Positions 19,558 through 29,298 are shown, counted from the stretch's first letter. The stretch is 64,000 bases of DNA from a virus (IMGVR_UViG_2974670102_000001:198654-262653); one strand, 5' to 3'. Program-made: numbers and translations. Notes: generated by a model not told the origin, from the letters alone.

Positions 19558-20584
19558 ATACGCAGCGGAGTTCTTCGGCAAGTTTCACTACGCGATCACG
19601 GTCGGCTACGACAGGGCCGAGGGCGGCCCGTTCCAGTTCAACGATGGCATTTGCGAGAACTTCAGCGTGTACCTGCGTCGCGCTGGCGTCCCGGGCATCA
19701 TCAAGGATGCGTATATGCGCGCGCTCGCCGACGCCTTCCAGTTCAACGGACAGGGCCGCGTGTTCCCGTTCAATACGGGTCGCATGGCCGAGTACAGTGA
19801 GGAAGTGCTCACGAACACGGTCTACAAGAACGAGGAACGCAAGACGTTCCTGCGCAACATGGTCAACGACTACGATCTGGTCGAACACCGAGTGGTCACC
19901 AACCTGCTGGACCAGTATTTCCGTGAACTGGAACTTTGGCTGAACGGTAGCCTCGATGGGCAACGCCGGTTCCGGAACCACACCGGCATCTGCACGAACG
20001 TCGAGCACTGGCTCAAGTCCCATGGTGTGGACGATTTCGCACTCACCTGTAACATGCGGAACCAGTTGACCCAAGAGTTCCAGATTGCGATGGGTGCTCG
20101 TGACGAAGGGGTGTACGATGGCTACCCGTTCAACGCCAACGTCGGCCACTACCTGAATGAAGCTCAAGCATGCACGACCTACGGCAACGCAAAGCGCGTA
20201 GCCTACATCCGTCGCCGGGCCGCACGTGCTTATCTGAACACGAGCACCGTCGACTCGTTTCTGACCGAATTCCGTCACTGGTTCCGGGCGGCCCTTCCCG
20301 CCGACAACACGTTCTCGTCTGCGGCTGCTGTCTGTTCGAACCTGACACGGTGGATGCGCAGCACCGGGGCAGACGACTTCGCGTGCACGTGGGCACAGAA
20401 GAACCTCATGGAAAAATTCGTGCGCATGGGGCTTCACGCGCGATTCCCGTTCAACGAGCGCGCGATGGAATACGCAGACGAGCGTGACGCCGGAACGTTT
20501 TACAAAAACCCCAAGCGCTGTGCTTGGATCGAAAAGATGGGAATCATTTCGCATGAAGAACTCTGCAAGCAGTTCGGGGACTAA
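19550..20584 (+). CDS. protein with three 'GICxN...PFN...YxNxxR' repeat domains
   Basis: GICENF/GICTNV/AVCSNL; FPFN/YPFN/FPFN; YKNEER/YGNAKR/YKNPKR. Confidence 0.85.
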   Translation: MNKYAAEFFGKFHYAITVGYDRAEGGPFQFNDGICENFSVYLRRAGVPGIIKDAYMRALADAFQFNGQGRVFPFNTGRMAEYSEEVLTNTVYKNEERKTFLRNMVNDYDLVEHRVVTNLLDQYFRELELWLNGSLDGQRRFRNHTGICTNVEHWLKSHGVDDFALTCNMRNQLTQEFQIAMGARDEGVYDGYPFNANVGHYLNEAQACTTYGNAKRVAYIRRRAARAYLNTSTVDSFLTEFRHWFRAALPADNTFSSAAAVCSNLTRWMRSTGADDFACTWAQKNLMEKFVRMGLHARFPFNERAMEYADERDAGTFYKNPKRCAWIEKMGIISHEELCKQFGD

Positions 20585-20716
20585 GATTGACGACCCGAAG
20601 ATCGAGATCGTACGCCAGTGCATCGAGCGTGCGGTCGTCGAGGCCGCTAATGGCGGTGACCTGTGGCTCACGACTTTCTTGGCCGCCGAGAAAATCGTGG
20701 ACATGGTAAAGAGTAG

Positions 20717-20751
20717 TTGACGTAACGTCAGGGCCACTATATAGTGGCCCT
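20717..20751 (+). promoter_or_regulatory. sigma70 promoter with palindrome over the -10
   Basis: TTGACG-17-TATAGT; perfect palindrome AGGGCCACTATATAGTGGCCCT at 20730-20751. Confidence 0.8.
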
Positions 20752-20775
20752 TCCAACAAGTGACTGGAGGTGTTA

Positions 20776-20982
20776 ATGAACAACGTAGCGTCCCGCATTC
20801 TCGGCATCCTGAGCACCGAACTCGATCTCGAACCCGAGCACCTGAGTGTCGACCATTCGTTCCACTTTTCGGAATTCGAAACCGCACTGGACGACGAGTT
20901 CGATCTTCTGTCGGGTGCCGTCGTCTACGAATTCATGTCCGTGCGGGACATGGCATCGCGCATCGAGCGAGTTCTGGCGTGA
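20776..20982 (+). CDS. acyl-carrier-protein-like protein lacking the DSL motif
   Basis: RILGILSTELDLEPEHLSVDHSF..FETALDDEFD...FMSVRDMASRI aligns by eye to ACP helices I, II and IV. Confidence 0.6.
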   Translation: MNNVASRILGILSTELDLEPEHLSVDHSFHFSEFETALDDEFDLLSGAVVYEFMSVRDMASRIERVLA

Positions 20983-21299
20983 AGCTCAGTCCGCTACAGC
21001 GCAAGATTATGGTGCTGGTGCGTGACGCGTTTGTTACCTACTACAGCCACACCCAGCTTTTCATTTGTAACGAGGTGAAGACGGCCGCGCACGCGCTCAA
21101 TCGATCAGTGGACGATTCGTCCGTGAACGACTTGCTGTGGGCTATTCGTGAAGCACTCGGAGGCCGTAATACGCTGGGTGATTGGCTCATGTGGGAGTAT
21201 GACCCTGCTGTCTATCTGACGGGCACAGAGCGAAATCGTATCCTCAACCTGTGTCGAGAAGCTTGGCTCGACGCTATTCTCGAACGGGGTGAAATTTGA
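20979..21299 (+). CDS. C-W-RxxW paralog family member
   Basis: LFICNEV...NTLGDWL...CREAWLDAILERGEI. Confidence 0.8.
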   Translation: MKLSPLQRKIMVLVRDAFVTYYSHTQLFICNEVKTAAHALNRSVDDSSVNDLLWAIREALGGRNTLGDWLMWEYDPAVYLTGTERNRILNLCREAWLDAILERGEI

Positions 21300-21676
21300 A
21301 AGACGATGACGAGTACTTCAGCGCGAAAGAACTGGAAATCCTGAATCTGGTGCTGGAGCGGTTGGAACACGCGGCAGAGACCCCGGTGGATGGTGCCCAT
21401 CAGTACCTGTGCCTGCACATCGGCAGCGTCGGGCGCGAACTCAGCTACTCCAAAAAGCGCTATTTCTTCCATCGCCTATTCGGGCTCGACACCACGTACA
21501 CGAAGGCGGCGCAAGCCCTGATCGAACAGATCGCACAAGCACTCGACGGCAAGAGCGGCAACACGCTTCAGGGTTGGGTGAGTCTGCGCACTGGCTACAT
21601 ACCGTACGCAGATGTCATGAACGCGGCGCGTGATGCGTGGCTTCGTCGTGCACTCGAAATCGGGTATTTCGGATGA
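21296..21676 (+). CDS. C-W-RxxW paralog family member
   Basis: QYLCLHI...NTLQGWV...ARDAWLRRALEIGYF. Confidence 0.8.
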   Translation: MKDDDEYFSAKELEILNLVLERLEHAAETPVDGAHQYLCLHIGSVGRELSYSKKRYFFHRLFGLDTTYTKAAQALIEQIAQALDGKSGNTLQGWVSLRTGYIPYADVMNAARDAWLRRALEIGYFG

Positions 21677-22014
21677 GCACCGCACTGAATGCACGCCAGA
21701 TGGAGATCATGGTGTTTGTGTGCGCTGCCCTCAACTACCGTGATTCGGCCTATCCGCAGTACATCTGCCAAGCTGTGAAAGACGCGGCATGTGATCTGGA
21801 CGCCTGTGTCTGGTACGGGTTCTTGCGCCCATACCGCAGTCAGGTCAATTCGATCCTGCGCATGATCGATCAGGCATTGGATTGTCGGACGTTGGAGCGT
21901 TGGCTCGCGGGCAAGGTTTCGTTCAACGGGTTCCCGGCTGACCAGCTTGGACTTTTCAATCAATGTCGGGCCGGTTGGCTCGAAACCATAATCGCGCGAG
22001 GGCGCATCGAATGA
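21673..22014 (+). CDS. C-W-RxxW paralog family member
   Basis: QYICQAV...RTLERWL...CRAGWLETIIARGRI. Confidence 0.8.
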   Translation: MSTALNARQMEIMVFVCAALNYRDSAYPQYICQAVKDAACDLDACVWYGFLRPYRSQVNSILRMIDQALDCRTLERWLAGKVSFNGFPADQLGLFNQCRAGWLETIIARGRIE

Positions 22015-22226
22015 AGAAATATGTGGGAATTGCACTGATCTTGGGGCTGATGCTTGCCGCGCTTGCGGCTGTCGCAAACCCGACATCGGTGGTGATCGAA
22101 ACGCGGTTCGGCTACATCCGCATCTACGACGTGTTGACCCCGGCAGGTCACCAGTGTACGATTGCGTCCTCCGAAGCGGACAGCAACAGTGCGGGCCGCG
22201 CATTGGCCATGCAGTGCTACAAATAA
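22011..22226 (+). CDS. small exported protein
   Basis: Signal peptide MKKYVGIALILGLMLAALAA. Confidence 0.65.
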   Translation: MKKYVGIALILGLMLAALAAVANPTSVVIETRFGYIRIYDVLTPAGHQCTIASSEADSNSAGRALAMQCYK

Positions 22227-22234
22227 GGAGAATC

Positions 22235-22486
22235 ATGAAGAAGCTCATTCTGGCAGTGGCGTTGGTCGCTGCCCTCACCGGGTGCACGCGCCCGGATCAG
22301 GCACGTCGTCTGCTGGCGGCACAGGGCTACACGCAAATCGAGATCACGGGCTACGCGCCATGGGCCTGCTCGGAAGACGACACGTTCCACACGGAGTTCC
22401 GTGCGGTATCGGCGGCAGGTCATCGGGTACAAGGCGTTGTCTGTTCAGCCTTGCTCAAAGGCGCAACTATTCGGCTGGAGGATTAA
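22235..22486 (+). CDS. lipoprotein
   Basis: AGGAG RBS; MKKLILAVALVAALTG-C lipobox. Confidence 0.85.
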   Translation: MKKLILAVALVAALTGCTRPDQARRLLAAQGYTQIEITGYAPWACSEDDTFHTEFRAVSAAGHRVQGVVCSALLKGATIRLED

Positions 22487-22870
22487 ATGCGTGCAACTCA
22501 TGCAAAGCTTGAAGTAACGGGAGAGCGTAGCGCCCTTATCACTGCCGACATCATCGCGCGCTTTATCGGCAGCGAAATTACGTATCTCGCGGACTTGGTG
22601 GACGACACGCAACCCCTGCGGGTCGTAAACCTGCGCTTCCGTGGTGATCTCGCAGACCTGCATGGTGAAAAGATCATGCTGCCGTTCGCGGATGCAGTTC
22701 GCGGCGGCAAGGCTCTCGGGCTGCTCATCAAGCGCATCAACTGCGCGGCGGCGCAAGTGGGCTATGCAGCACACAGTTTGGTTGATCAGTATGCTGGTGC
22801 AACCGTGGACACCGATGCGGAAACCGGGAAGATCGTGGTGACCGTACGACTTCAAAGGAGCCGAGCATGA
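22487..22870 (+). CDS. hypothetical protein
   Basis: GGAGG RBS. Confidence 0.7.
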   Translation: MRATHAKLEVTGERSALITADIIARFIGSEITYLADLVDDTQPLRVVNLRFRGDLADLHGEKIMLPFADAVRGGKALGLLIKRINCAAAQVGYAAHSLVDQYAGATVDTDAETGKIVVTVRLQRSRA

Positions 22871-23688
22871 CGCCACGACAACGCGAAAACGCGCAGCACG
22901 CAATCAATCAGGGCAATCGCTACCCGCTCGACAGCCTGCAAACCGTCCACTGGACGCTGGACGCTGCTCGCGGTATCATGCGCGAACTGAACGGCCGTGA
23001 CTCGTTTGGTGACGCGCCCGACGAGTGCGATCAGGCTGTTCTCGACGAAATCACGGTAGCGATCCAGAACATCATCCGGGTCGCGCACGCCTCTGTTAGC
23101 GAGCACGCGGATCAACCGCCCTCGGCCACCGATGCAGCCATCGCGCTGGCGCATGAAGCCCAGTCGGCCGTCACCTCGATCTACGCTACGCATTTCGGTA
23201 TCGGTGACGTGCAGTGGCATGAGGACATCGAGCGCGAAACCGGGCTGGACGAGAACGACCGTCAGGAATTGCAGGAAGCACTGGAACAGCGTTTCAGCGC
23301 CGTGTTCGACGAACGCGAATTCGAGGCGTGCCGCACGGCCAGCGCTCTCGTCGCCTTTATCGTCAAGAACCTGCTGCCGTTCGAGGGCGACCCGCTGGTG
23401 GTTGCCACGCAGACGGCCAAGGATCGTGTGATCGTGGCCCGGGCCCTCTACAAGCTGCTGAGTGCCGATCTCAACATCCACGAATGCAGCAGCGCCGACC
23501 GCCTGTTCGAAGACCTCCAGATCAACAGCGCGGATGCTGGTAACCTGATCCGCGATCTGGGTGACGATCTTGGCATCGACATCGCGAGTGTGCTGTTCCA
23601 ACTCAAGGAGCCTGCTATCGAAGATGTGCTGGAGATCGGAGCCCTCAAGCTGGAGGCACAGCGTGCACGCAAGGTTGCCCATGGATGA
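22867..23688 (+). CDS. protein with two ACP-like domains
   Basis: ETGLDENDRQELQEALEQRF..FEACRTASALVAFI and FEDLQINSADAGNLIRDLGDDLGIDI. Confidence 0.7.
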   Translation: MTPRQRENAQHAINQGNRYPLDSLQTVHWTLDAARGIMRELNGRDSFGDAPDECDQAVLDEITVAIQNIIRVAHASVSEHADQPPSATDAAIALAHEAQSAVTSIYATHFGIGDVQWHEDIERETGLDENDRQELQEALEQRFSAVFDEREFEACRTASALVAFIVKNLLPFEGDPLVVATQTAKDRVIVARALYKLLSADLNIHECSSADRLFEDLQINSADAGNLIRDLGDDLGIDIASVLFQLKEPAIEDVLEIGALKLEAQRARKVAHG

Positions 23689-23881
23689 TGTGGACGATTT
23701 CATGGACGACGGAGAGCCCGTGGATCGCGATCAGGCACTCGACATCCTGAACACGGCTAGTGTGTACCTCAGCCGCTACGAGAGCGAGGCTCGGGGTTCG
23801 CACGCGGACGACGTTTGGATCGCAAACGGAAATCTGAAGCGGCTTATTTCGCAGTTGACAGCAGAGTGGTCGGCAGAGTAA
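23681..23881 (+). CDS. small acidic protein
   Basis: MDDVDDFMDDGEPVDRD. Confidence 0.6.
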   Translation: MDDVDDFMDDGEPVDRDQALDILNTASVYLSRYESEARGSHADDVWIANGNLKRLISQLTAEWSAE

Positions 23882-23884
23882 ACT
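23855..23884 (+). promoter_or_regulatory. sigma70-type promoter
   Basis: TTGACA-18-TAAACT. Confidence 0.6.
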
Positions 23885-23912
23885 GTCTTCTCTACAGTAA
23901 AGGAGGGGTCGC

Positions 23913-24200
23913 ATGAAGTGGTATCACCCGAATCATGTAACACCGGATCGTGACCATTGCCCGTATTATGAGGACGACTACTCGGTCCCCGTGATCGTGA
24001 CGATGCGTCTCGAAGACGGTGATCTGGTGGTTGCGTCCACGCAGTGGATGTACTCGTACCGCGAACAGGGCTGGGTCGAGTGTGGGCTGGAGGACGGCCC
24101 GTCGCCTGCCGACTATTCGGATTACGGTGTGGTAGTGGCTTGGGCATACCCTCCTGAGCCGTGTGGGCCCAATGAATATGCGGAGGTAACGGATGTTTAA
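23913..24200 (+). CDS. hypothetical protein
   Basis: AGGAGG RBS; MKW...VVAWAYPPEP (DUF551-like pattern). Confidence 0.65.
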   Translation: MKWYHPNHVTPDRDHCPYYEDDYSVPVIVTMRLEDGDLVVASTQWMYSYREQGWVECGLEDGPSPADYSDYGVVVAWAYPPEPCGPNEYAEVTDV

Positions 24201-24579
24201 CGAAGACGAATACGGTGAGATCACCGACGATCTGTACGCACAGCGCACGATCTACATCGCAAACTACCACGACCGACACTATCCGGAAGACGACGAGATT
24301 CTGGGTGCGTTCTTTACCGAGGAAGAGGCGAAGGCCGCCAACGAAGAAGAGCGTCAGAACTACGTCGGCCGCTACCAAGAGGGCCACCACCGGGCGCGCG
24401 AGCACTACTACGGGGTGAAGCTCGCTACGCTGGAAACCCGTATCTCGGTCGACGACCTGCACCTGCTGCGTGCGCTGGAGGCCGGTGAATGCGACGAGGA
24501 CGAGCAGAATGCAGTGTTCCGTATGGTAGCGCGCCTGCTGGGCCTGAGTGACGAAGACACCGACGCGGAGGACAAATGA
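24193..24579 (+). CDS. acidic hypothetical protein
   Basis: GGAGG RBS; D/E-rich. Confidence 0.7.
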   Translation: MFNEDEYGEITDDLYAQRTIYIANYHDRHYPEDDEILGAFFTEEEAKAANEEERQNYVGRYQEGHHRAREHYYGVKLATLETRISVDDLHLLRALEAGECDEDEQNAVFRMVARLLGLSDEDTDAEDK

Positions 24580-24702
24580 TCAACCTGACGCAACACGAGA
24601 AAAACCTGATCGCGCGTCTGCGTGACTGCCGTCAGGAACTGAGCCCGGCTGACCGCCACGGCCTGCTGGACCTGATCGACGAACTTCTGGAGGCAGACGA
24701 AC

Positions 24703-25032
24703 ATGGCCCGGAGTAAGAGGCTGGCGGAAGCCTACGAGAAGCTGACTCGCGAAGACGTGTACGACATGATCAACAGGTCGAAGGAAGGCCCGCAAGCCAG
24801 CCTCACCAACGCTGAGGTCCAGAGTTTTCTGGAACAGGTTCGCGACCTCGCGTCCAAGCAGTTCGGGATCACGCTCGTCACCGACTACAACGGCCAGTAC
24901 GGTGATGCAGGTGCCACGTACATGACGCTGCGCACCAACGACGCTGAAGCCACGTTCAAACTGATGAACGTCACGGACAACAGGGCCGAACAGAACCTGC
25001 GCGATATCGAGAACTGCTGGCGCGGCAAGTAA
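24703..25032 (+). CDS. hypothetical protein
   Basis: GGAGG RBS. Confidence 0.7.
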   Translation: MARSKRLAEAYEKLTREDVYDMINRSKEGPQASLTNAEVQSFLEQVRDLASKQFGITLVTDYNGQYGDAGATYMTLRTNDAEATFKLMNVTDNRAEQNLRDIENCWRGK

Positions 25033-25039
25033 AAAGCAG

Positions 25040-25077
25040 TTGACGCGACACAAAACGGACCCTATACTGGGTCCGTT
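25040..25077 (+). promoter_or_regulatory. sigma70 promoter with the -10 in a hairpin loop
   Basis: TTGACG-17-TATACT; AACGGACCC-TATACT-GGGTCCGTT. Confidence 0.8.
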
Positions 25078-25108
25078 GTCATTTCCAGACCCAGAAAAGG
25101 AGATTTCG

Positions 25109-25564
25109 ATGGATATTCAGGTTGTCGCTGCCGCAATTTTCGGGTTTTTGGCAGGTGCACTGCTCATGTTCCTGATTTTCGAGAACGTGCTGCTCAAGAA
25201 CGCGGTTGCGCAGACCGAAAAGCCGAAGTATGATGGCGGTCAGTACACAAACAGCGTGAAACCGAACAAGAATCGGCCCGATCCGGAGTGGCAATTCAGC
25301 GAATCGAAGTACATGAAGGCCAATTTTGGCCCAGACATCGATCCTGACCTGCATCCGTTCGGTGAACCTGAGCAAAATTCGGGTGAAACGACGACGGTCA
25401 CGAGTTCCGGGTACACGGTGAACGGAAAACCCGCGACTCCGGAGCAGGAAAAGGTGATCAAGGAGGCCATGGGGCTGGCGGACACCGCATTCGAGACCGC
25501 GAGCACGAGTTTCAGCCAGATGAGCGACGCGTTCAAGGCGCTTAGCAAGATCAAACCTCAGTAA
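25109..25564 (+). CDS. membrane-anchored protein
   Basis: AGGAG RBS; N-terminal TM helix. Confidence 0.75.
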   Translation: MDIQVVAAAIFGFLAGALLMFLIFENVLLKNAVAQTEKPKYDGGQYTNSVKPNKNRPDPEWQFSESKYMKANFGPDIDPDLHPFGEPEQNSGETTTVTSSGYTVNGKPATPEQEKVIKEAMGLADTAFETASTSFSQMSDAFKALSKIKPQ

Positions 25565-25577
25565 AAGGGAGAAAACG

Positions 25578-26093
25578 ATGCTTAACCACAATGACGCCAA
25601 CGTGGCATGGGCCGAATACATGGCAATCAGGGCCGACGGGAGCCGTGATCTGAGCGAGCGCGACGCGTTTGCCGTATTCCTCGACGGTTTTGCGAAGCGC
25701 GTGGCCCGTGCCGCCCGTGCCGAGTCCTACACGGACCTCCAGCACATGGAATATGTGGCGCTCGCACTCGGGTTCGATGCCGAAGACGTACTGGATGACA
25801 ACGACGGTGATGGCCCGTACATCCATACGCGCAGCCGCACTCTCGAACCCCTCGTTCGCACCGAACACGCGATGCTCGTGGCACTCCAACTGATGCTCAA
25901 GGTCGAGCAGTGCGAGATCGCTGGTGCTAGACGCGAAATCAAGGTCACGGAAGTGGACGGCCCGACCACGGGAGCCGCAACGTACACGGCAATCGTCGAG
26001 CATCCGGCATCGGAGCACGATATGCAGATCGCACTGAATCGTGCAATCGTCATGTGCGCCTCGATCATGGGCCAGCGTGAGGACCTGTTCTGA
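25578..26093 (+). CDS. hypothetical protein
   Basis: GGAG RBS. Confidence 0.7.
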   Translation: MLNHNDANVAWAEYMAIRADGSRDLSERDAFAVFLDGFAKRVARAARAESYTDLQHMEYVALALGFDAEDVLDDNDGDGPYIHTRSRTLEPLVRTEHAMLVALQLMLKVEQCEIAGARREIKVTEVDGPTTGAATYTAIVEHPASEHDMQIALNRAIVMCASIMGQREDLF

Positions 26094-26249
26094 TGGCCTC
26101 GATTACCACGGAAACATTCGGTCTGCTCTGGTTCGTGGCCGGTATCTGTGCCACGCTGATCATTCAGGGCATTTGGCGTGTTCTGAATCCGCCTGAAGAC
26201 AAGGTTCAGGACGTGGACAAACGCCGACGCCAACAACGGGAGCACGACC

Positions 26250-26477
26250 ATGAGTGAACTCTGGGAAAATCCCTTGTTCTCGCTCGAAGAACGTCTGGAG
26301 ATCGCGGCCGGTGCCGTGCAATTCCACAAGCGCATCATTGCCCAGTTGCGTGCGAAGTGTGCGGAGGCCGCTGTGAAACTGGACGAGGTTTCGCGCAACG
26401 CCGACTCGTGGCACTGCGACTGCAACGCCATCGACGACGTGGCTGACCGGCTGCGCGAACTGGGTGACGCACGATGA
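26250..26477 (+). CDS. hypothetical protein
   Basis: GGAG RBS. Confidence 0.65.
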   Translation: MSELWENPLFSLEERLEIAAGAVQFHKRIIAQLRAKCAEAAVKLDEVSRNADSWHCDCNAIDDVADRLRELGDAR

Positions 26478-26695
26478 CGTTGCCCGACTCGTTTTACAGG
26501 AAGCAGCACGACTCGATCCAGCGCTCGTTGGCCCGGCTATCCGAAAAGCTGAAGTTGTTGCGCGACGCGTGCCCGCACCTGAACGTGCAGAAGAAGGCGC
26601 GCTCGGACACCGGTAACTGGAGCCGTAGCGACGACCGCTACTGGTATGACTGCACGTGCCCCGCGTGTGGCAAGCACTGGACGGAGGACCAATGA
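26474..26695 (+). CDS. small zinc-ribbon protein
   Basis: CPH...CPACGKHW. Confidence 0.7.
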   Translation: MTLPDSFYRKQHDSIQRSLARLSEKLKLLRDACPHLNVQKKARSDTGNWSRSDDRYWYDCTCPACGKHWTEDQ

Positions 26696-27096
26696 ACGTG
26701 AACGACGCGTTGAAAGAAGTGATGCACGAGATACAGCACATGCCGGTCGAAGAGTTGCGTGCTCTCCACGAAGCCTCCAAGAACGGCCCGTGGGCCGAGG
26801 TGTTCCGTGCACTCTATCGTGATGCTGTCGACATCGAAGCCCCGGAAGAAAGTGCGGTTCCGAGCATGGCGTGCGTTGGTCGCAAAATCAAGGGTGAAGT
26901 TGTTTGGTACACGCGACCGAAACGTGGCTACCTGTATCAAGTGGCCGATCCGTGCTTCAAGATCGAGGGCCCGACGTTCGAGGACTGGGCACGTGATCAT
27001 GGCTACGAACTCAGCACAGATGTTGAAGGTGACTACGAAAGTCAGAGGACGCGCGCCGCATTCGAAGGTTGGAAAGCGGCTAAAGCTGGAGGCTAA
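26692..27096 (+). CDS. hypothetical protein with FExW..Y..TRAAFEGW module
   Basis: GGAGG RBS; module recurs elsewhere in the window. Confidence 0.7.
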   Translation: MNVNDALKEVMHEIQHMPVEELRALHEASKNGPWAEVFRALYRDAVDIEAPEESAVPSMACVGRKIKGEVVWYTRPKRGYLYQVADPCFKIEGPTFEDWARDHGYELSTDVEGDYESQRTRAAFEGWKAAKAGG

Positions 27097-27324
27097 ATGA
27101 CAAAAGATACGCTGAATATGCTCATCATGGACCTGCAAGAAGAAGGTTCGGAGTTGAGCGAACGCGCAGCCGTCTCCATCCACAAACTCCGACGCGATCT
27201 CGGGTTCGCGCGGGGCCGGTTGCGTGCGATCACTGCGCAGAACGAACGGCTGGAAGAAAGCGCAAGCCTGCACACGTGGCGAGAGTCCGAAGAACAGCGG
27301 GCACAACGTGGAGCAATGATGTGA
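27097..27324 (+). CDS. hypothetical coiled-coil protein
   Basis: GGAGG RBS. Confidence 0.6.
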   Translation: MTKDTLNMLIMDLQEEGSELSERAAVSIHKLRRDLGFARGRLRAITAQNERLEESASLHTWRESEEQRAQRGAMM

Positions 27325-27692
27325 TGGATCGTGAAGAATTAAAGGTACTGGCGCTCGAAATGGGTGTCGGTGAAATGGTCACCCGCAAAAAGACTGGTAA
27401 GGACTGGTTCTTTGCCTCGGAAATGACGGGCAACGAATTGCTGGCCTACGGTGAAGCCGTCCTAGCGCGGGCGGGTAAGCCTCCGCGCCTCGATCTGCAT
27501 GCGTCGTTCGAGCAGTGGTGGACGCACGGCATGAAGGATGGAGAGGAACGTACCGATGTCATGCGACAGATGCGTGTAACTTGGGACAAGTTTGGCACGT
27601 ACGAACCGTATCGGAAAGACTGCCAAGATTCGTTCACGTCGTTTGCGGCTTGCTACGCACTTATCTACACAGGAGAATTTGGTTATGCCTGA
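27324..27692 (+). CDS. hypothetical protein
   Basis: TGATG overlap. Confidence 0.65.
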   Translation: MDREELKVLALEMGVGEMVTRKKTGKDWFFASEMTGNELLAYGEAVLARAGKPPRLDLHASFEQWWTHGMKDGEERTDVMRQMRVTWDKFGTYEPYRKDCQDSFTSFAACYALIYTGEFGYA

Positions 27693-27909
27693 AATCATCA
27701 GCGCCGGTCAACTGCCGGGAAACAAACGCTACGAAGCCACGTGCTCGAACTGCCGTACGCGTTTCTCGTTCCTGCAAAAGGAAGCACAGCACGGCTACGA
27801 CCGCAACGACAGCTACCTGTCGATTAGGTGCCCGCTCGCTGGGTGTGGACACATGGTGAACGTGTCGACCAGCACCAGCGCGGGTAGCTCTTGGTATGCG
27901 GATCGCTAA
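27685..27909 (+). CDS. small zinc-ribbon protein
   Basis: CSNC...CPLAGC; AGGAG RBS. Confidence 0.7.
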   Translation: MPEIISAGQLPGNKRYEATCSNCRTRFSFLQKEAQHGYDRNDSYLSIRCPLAGCGHMVNVSTSTSAGSSWYADR

Positions 27910-28199
27910 TGGCCATCATCGACACGATGCCTGCGACCCATCTGGAGTTCGCGAAGGACCCGAACGAGACGCGGCCCGAAGTCCTGTGGGCCGAGATCGA
28001 GCGTCTGCACGCTATGGCCTACCACTCGAACGGCACCCTGTGGCAGGAACTCGCAATCGAGGAAAAGATGAAGCGCATCAAGATGGAGGCCGGTGTCATG
28101 GCCAACATCCGGGACTTGCTTTGTTCGGTGACCGGGGTTAAACTGGATACCCTTACGATTCAACGTATCCTCAAAACCGCACAGGGAGAGCAAGCATGA
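27909..28199 (+). CDS. hypothetical protein
   Basis: TAATG overlap. Confidence 0.65.
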   Translation: MAIIDTMPATHLEFAKDPNETRPEVLWAEIERLHAMAYHSNGTLWQELAIEEKMKRIKMEAGVMANIRDLLCSVTGVKLDTLTIQRILKTAQGEQA

Positions 28200-28600
28200 A
28201 GACGAAAGAGATTCTGAATCTACTGCTGGAGATCAATCGGGCTGTGGCACGGGCCCCCGACAAACCTCTGGGCTTGGGCACCGTCGAAACTTTGGGTCGT
28301 GCCATCGAGGCGCTGAGCAAGAAGCAGAAGCGTAAGTTCGAGCGGCATGTCAACGACTGGTTCACGCGTGAGGTTGCCCGCATGTCGGCTACCAAAGCGC
28401 ATCGCATCGACGGCTGGGAGACGCTGGAAGAGTACGGTTTCGAGGTGCATGGTGGGACGGACGATGCCCCCGTCAACGACTACCAAGAACTGCAACACGC
28501 AATCGAGCGTGAGACCGGCGTAAAGATTCCGCTGTTCGTGCTCTACCACACGACCATCGAGGGCATCATCCAGTACATCATTCACGGAGGCGCACAATGA
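28196..28600 (+). CDS. protein with C-terminal ACP-like domain
   Basis: TLEEYGF...DYQELQHAIERETGVKIP..LYHTTIEGIIQYI. Confidence 0.65.
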   Translation: MKTKEILNLLLEINRAVARAPDKPLGLGTVETLGRAIEALSKKQKRKFERHVNDWFTREVARMSATKAHRIDGWETLEEYGFEVHGGTDDAPVNDYQELQHAIERETGVKIPLFVLYHTTIEGIIQYIIHGGAQ

Positions 28601-28805
28601 AGCGAGTTGCAATCGACTATCTGGTTCTGGGCGAGCACGGGCAATCCTTGTCGGAGTTCGAACGCGTGGTGCTCAAGCACCTGCTGCGTGGCTACGAACT
28701 CGTCGGCGGCCCGTGGCACGATCCACAGCGCGGGTGCATGCGACAGGCCGTGGTGGAGTATCAGGACAGCGAACCCGCAACCCAACACGTACAGGACTGA
28801 CGAAC

Positions 28806-29039
28806 ATGGCAGAATTTTGCGATCTGTGTGCCGAAGACATGGGATTCCCCCATTCGGATTTCGAGGGCATCGGTGAAGTGACCGACGCTGACGGTAGCCC
28901 GTGGTACTACACGGTGCTGTGTGAAGGCTGCGGCCCGATTCAGGTGACGGGCGACGGCCGCAACGTGAGCCGCGAGTTCGACCGTCAGGAGGCGCTGCGT
29001 AACAGCGCGGGAGCCGGTGATGCCCCGCAAGCACGATAG
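28806..29039 (+). CDS. small zinc-binding protein
   Basis: FCDLC...LCEGCGPI. Confidence 0.7.
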   Translation: MAEFCDLCAEDMGFPHSDFEGIGEVTDADGSPWYYTVLCEGCGPIQVTGDGRNVSREFDRQEALRNSAGAGDAPQAR

Positions 29040-29298
29040 CGACTGGACTGCGATCTACTGGGGCTCGGACCCTGCGCGGCCGGGCCGTCTGTACCCGACA
29101 GTCAGAATCGTGCTCGGCTACTGCGATGGTGAAGAGTACGGATTCAGCCACGGGCTCCCCACCAACGTATTCTTCGACGACGAGGATGCGGCAATTCGGT
29201 GGGCACAGCGTGTGGACGCATACATCGAAGAGGCGATGCGCGGCTTCATGGAAGAGGCTGCGGATCGTATGTTCAGGAAGGAGAAAGACAGTGATTGA
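29020..29298 (+). CDS. hypothetical protein
   Basis: GGAG RBS. Confidence 0.6.
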   Translation: MPRKHDSDWTAIYWGSDPARPGRLYPTVRIVLGYCDGEEYGFSHGLPTNVFFDDEDAAIRWAQRVDAYIEEAMRGFMEEAADRMFRKEKDSD

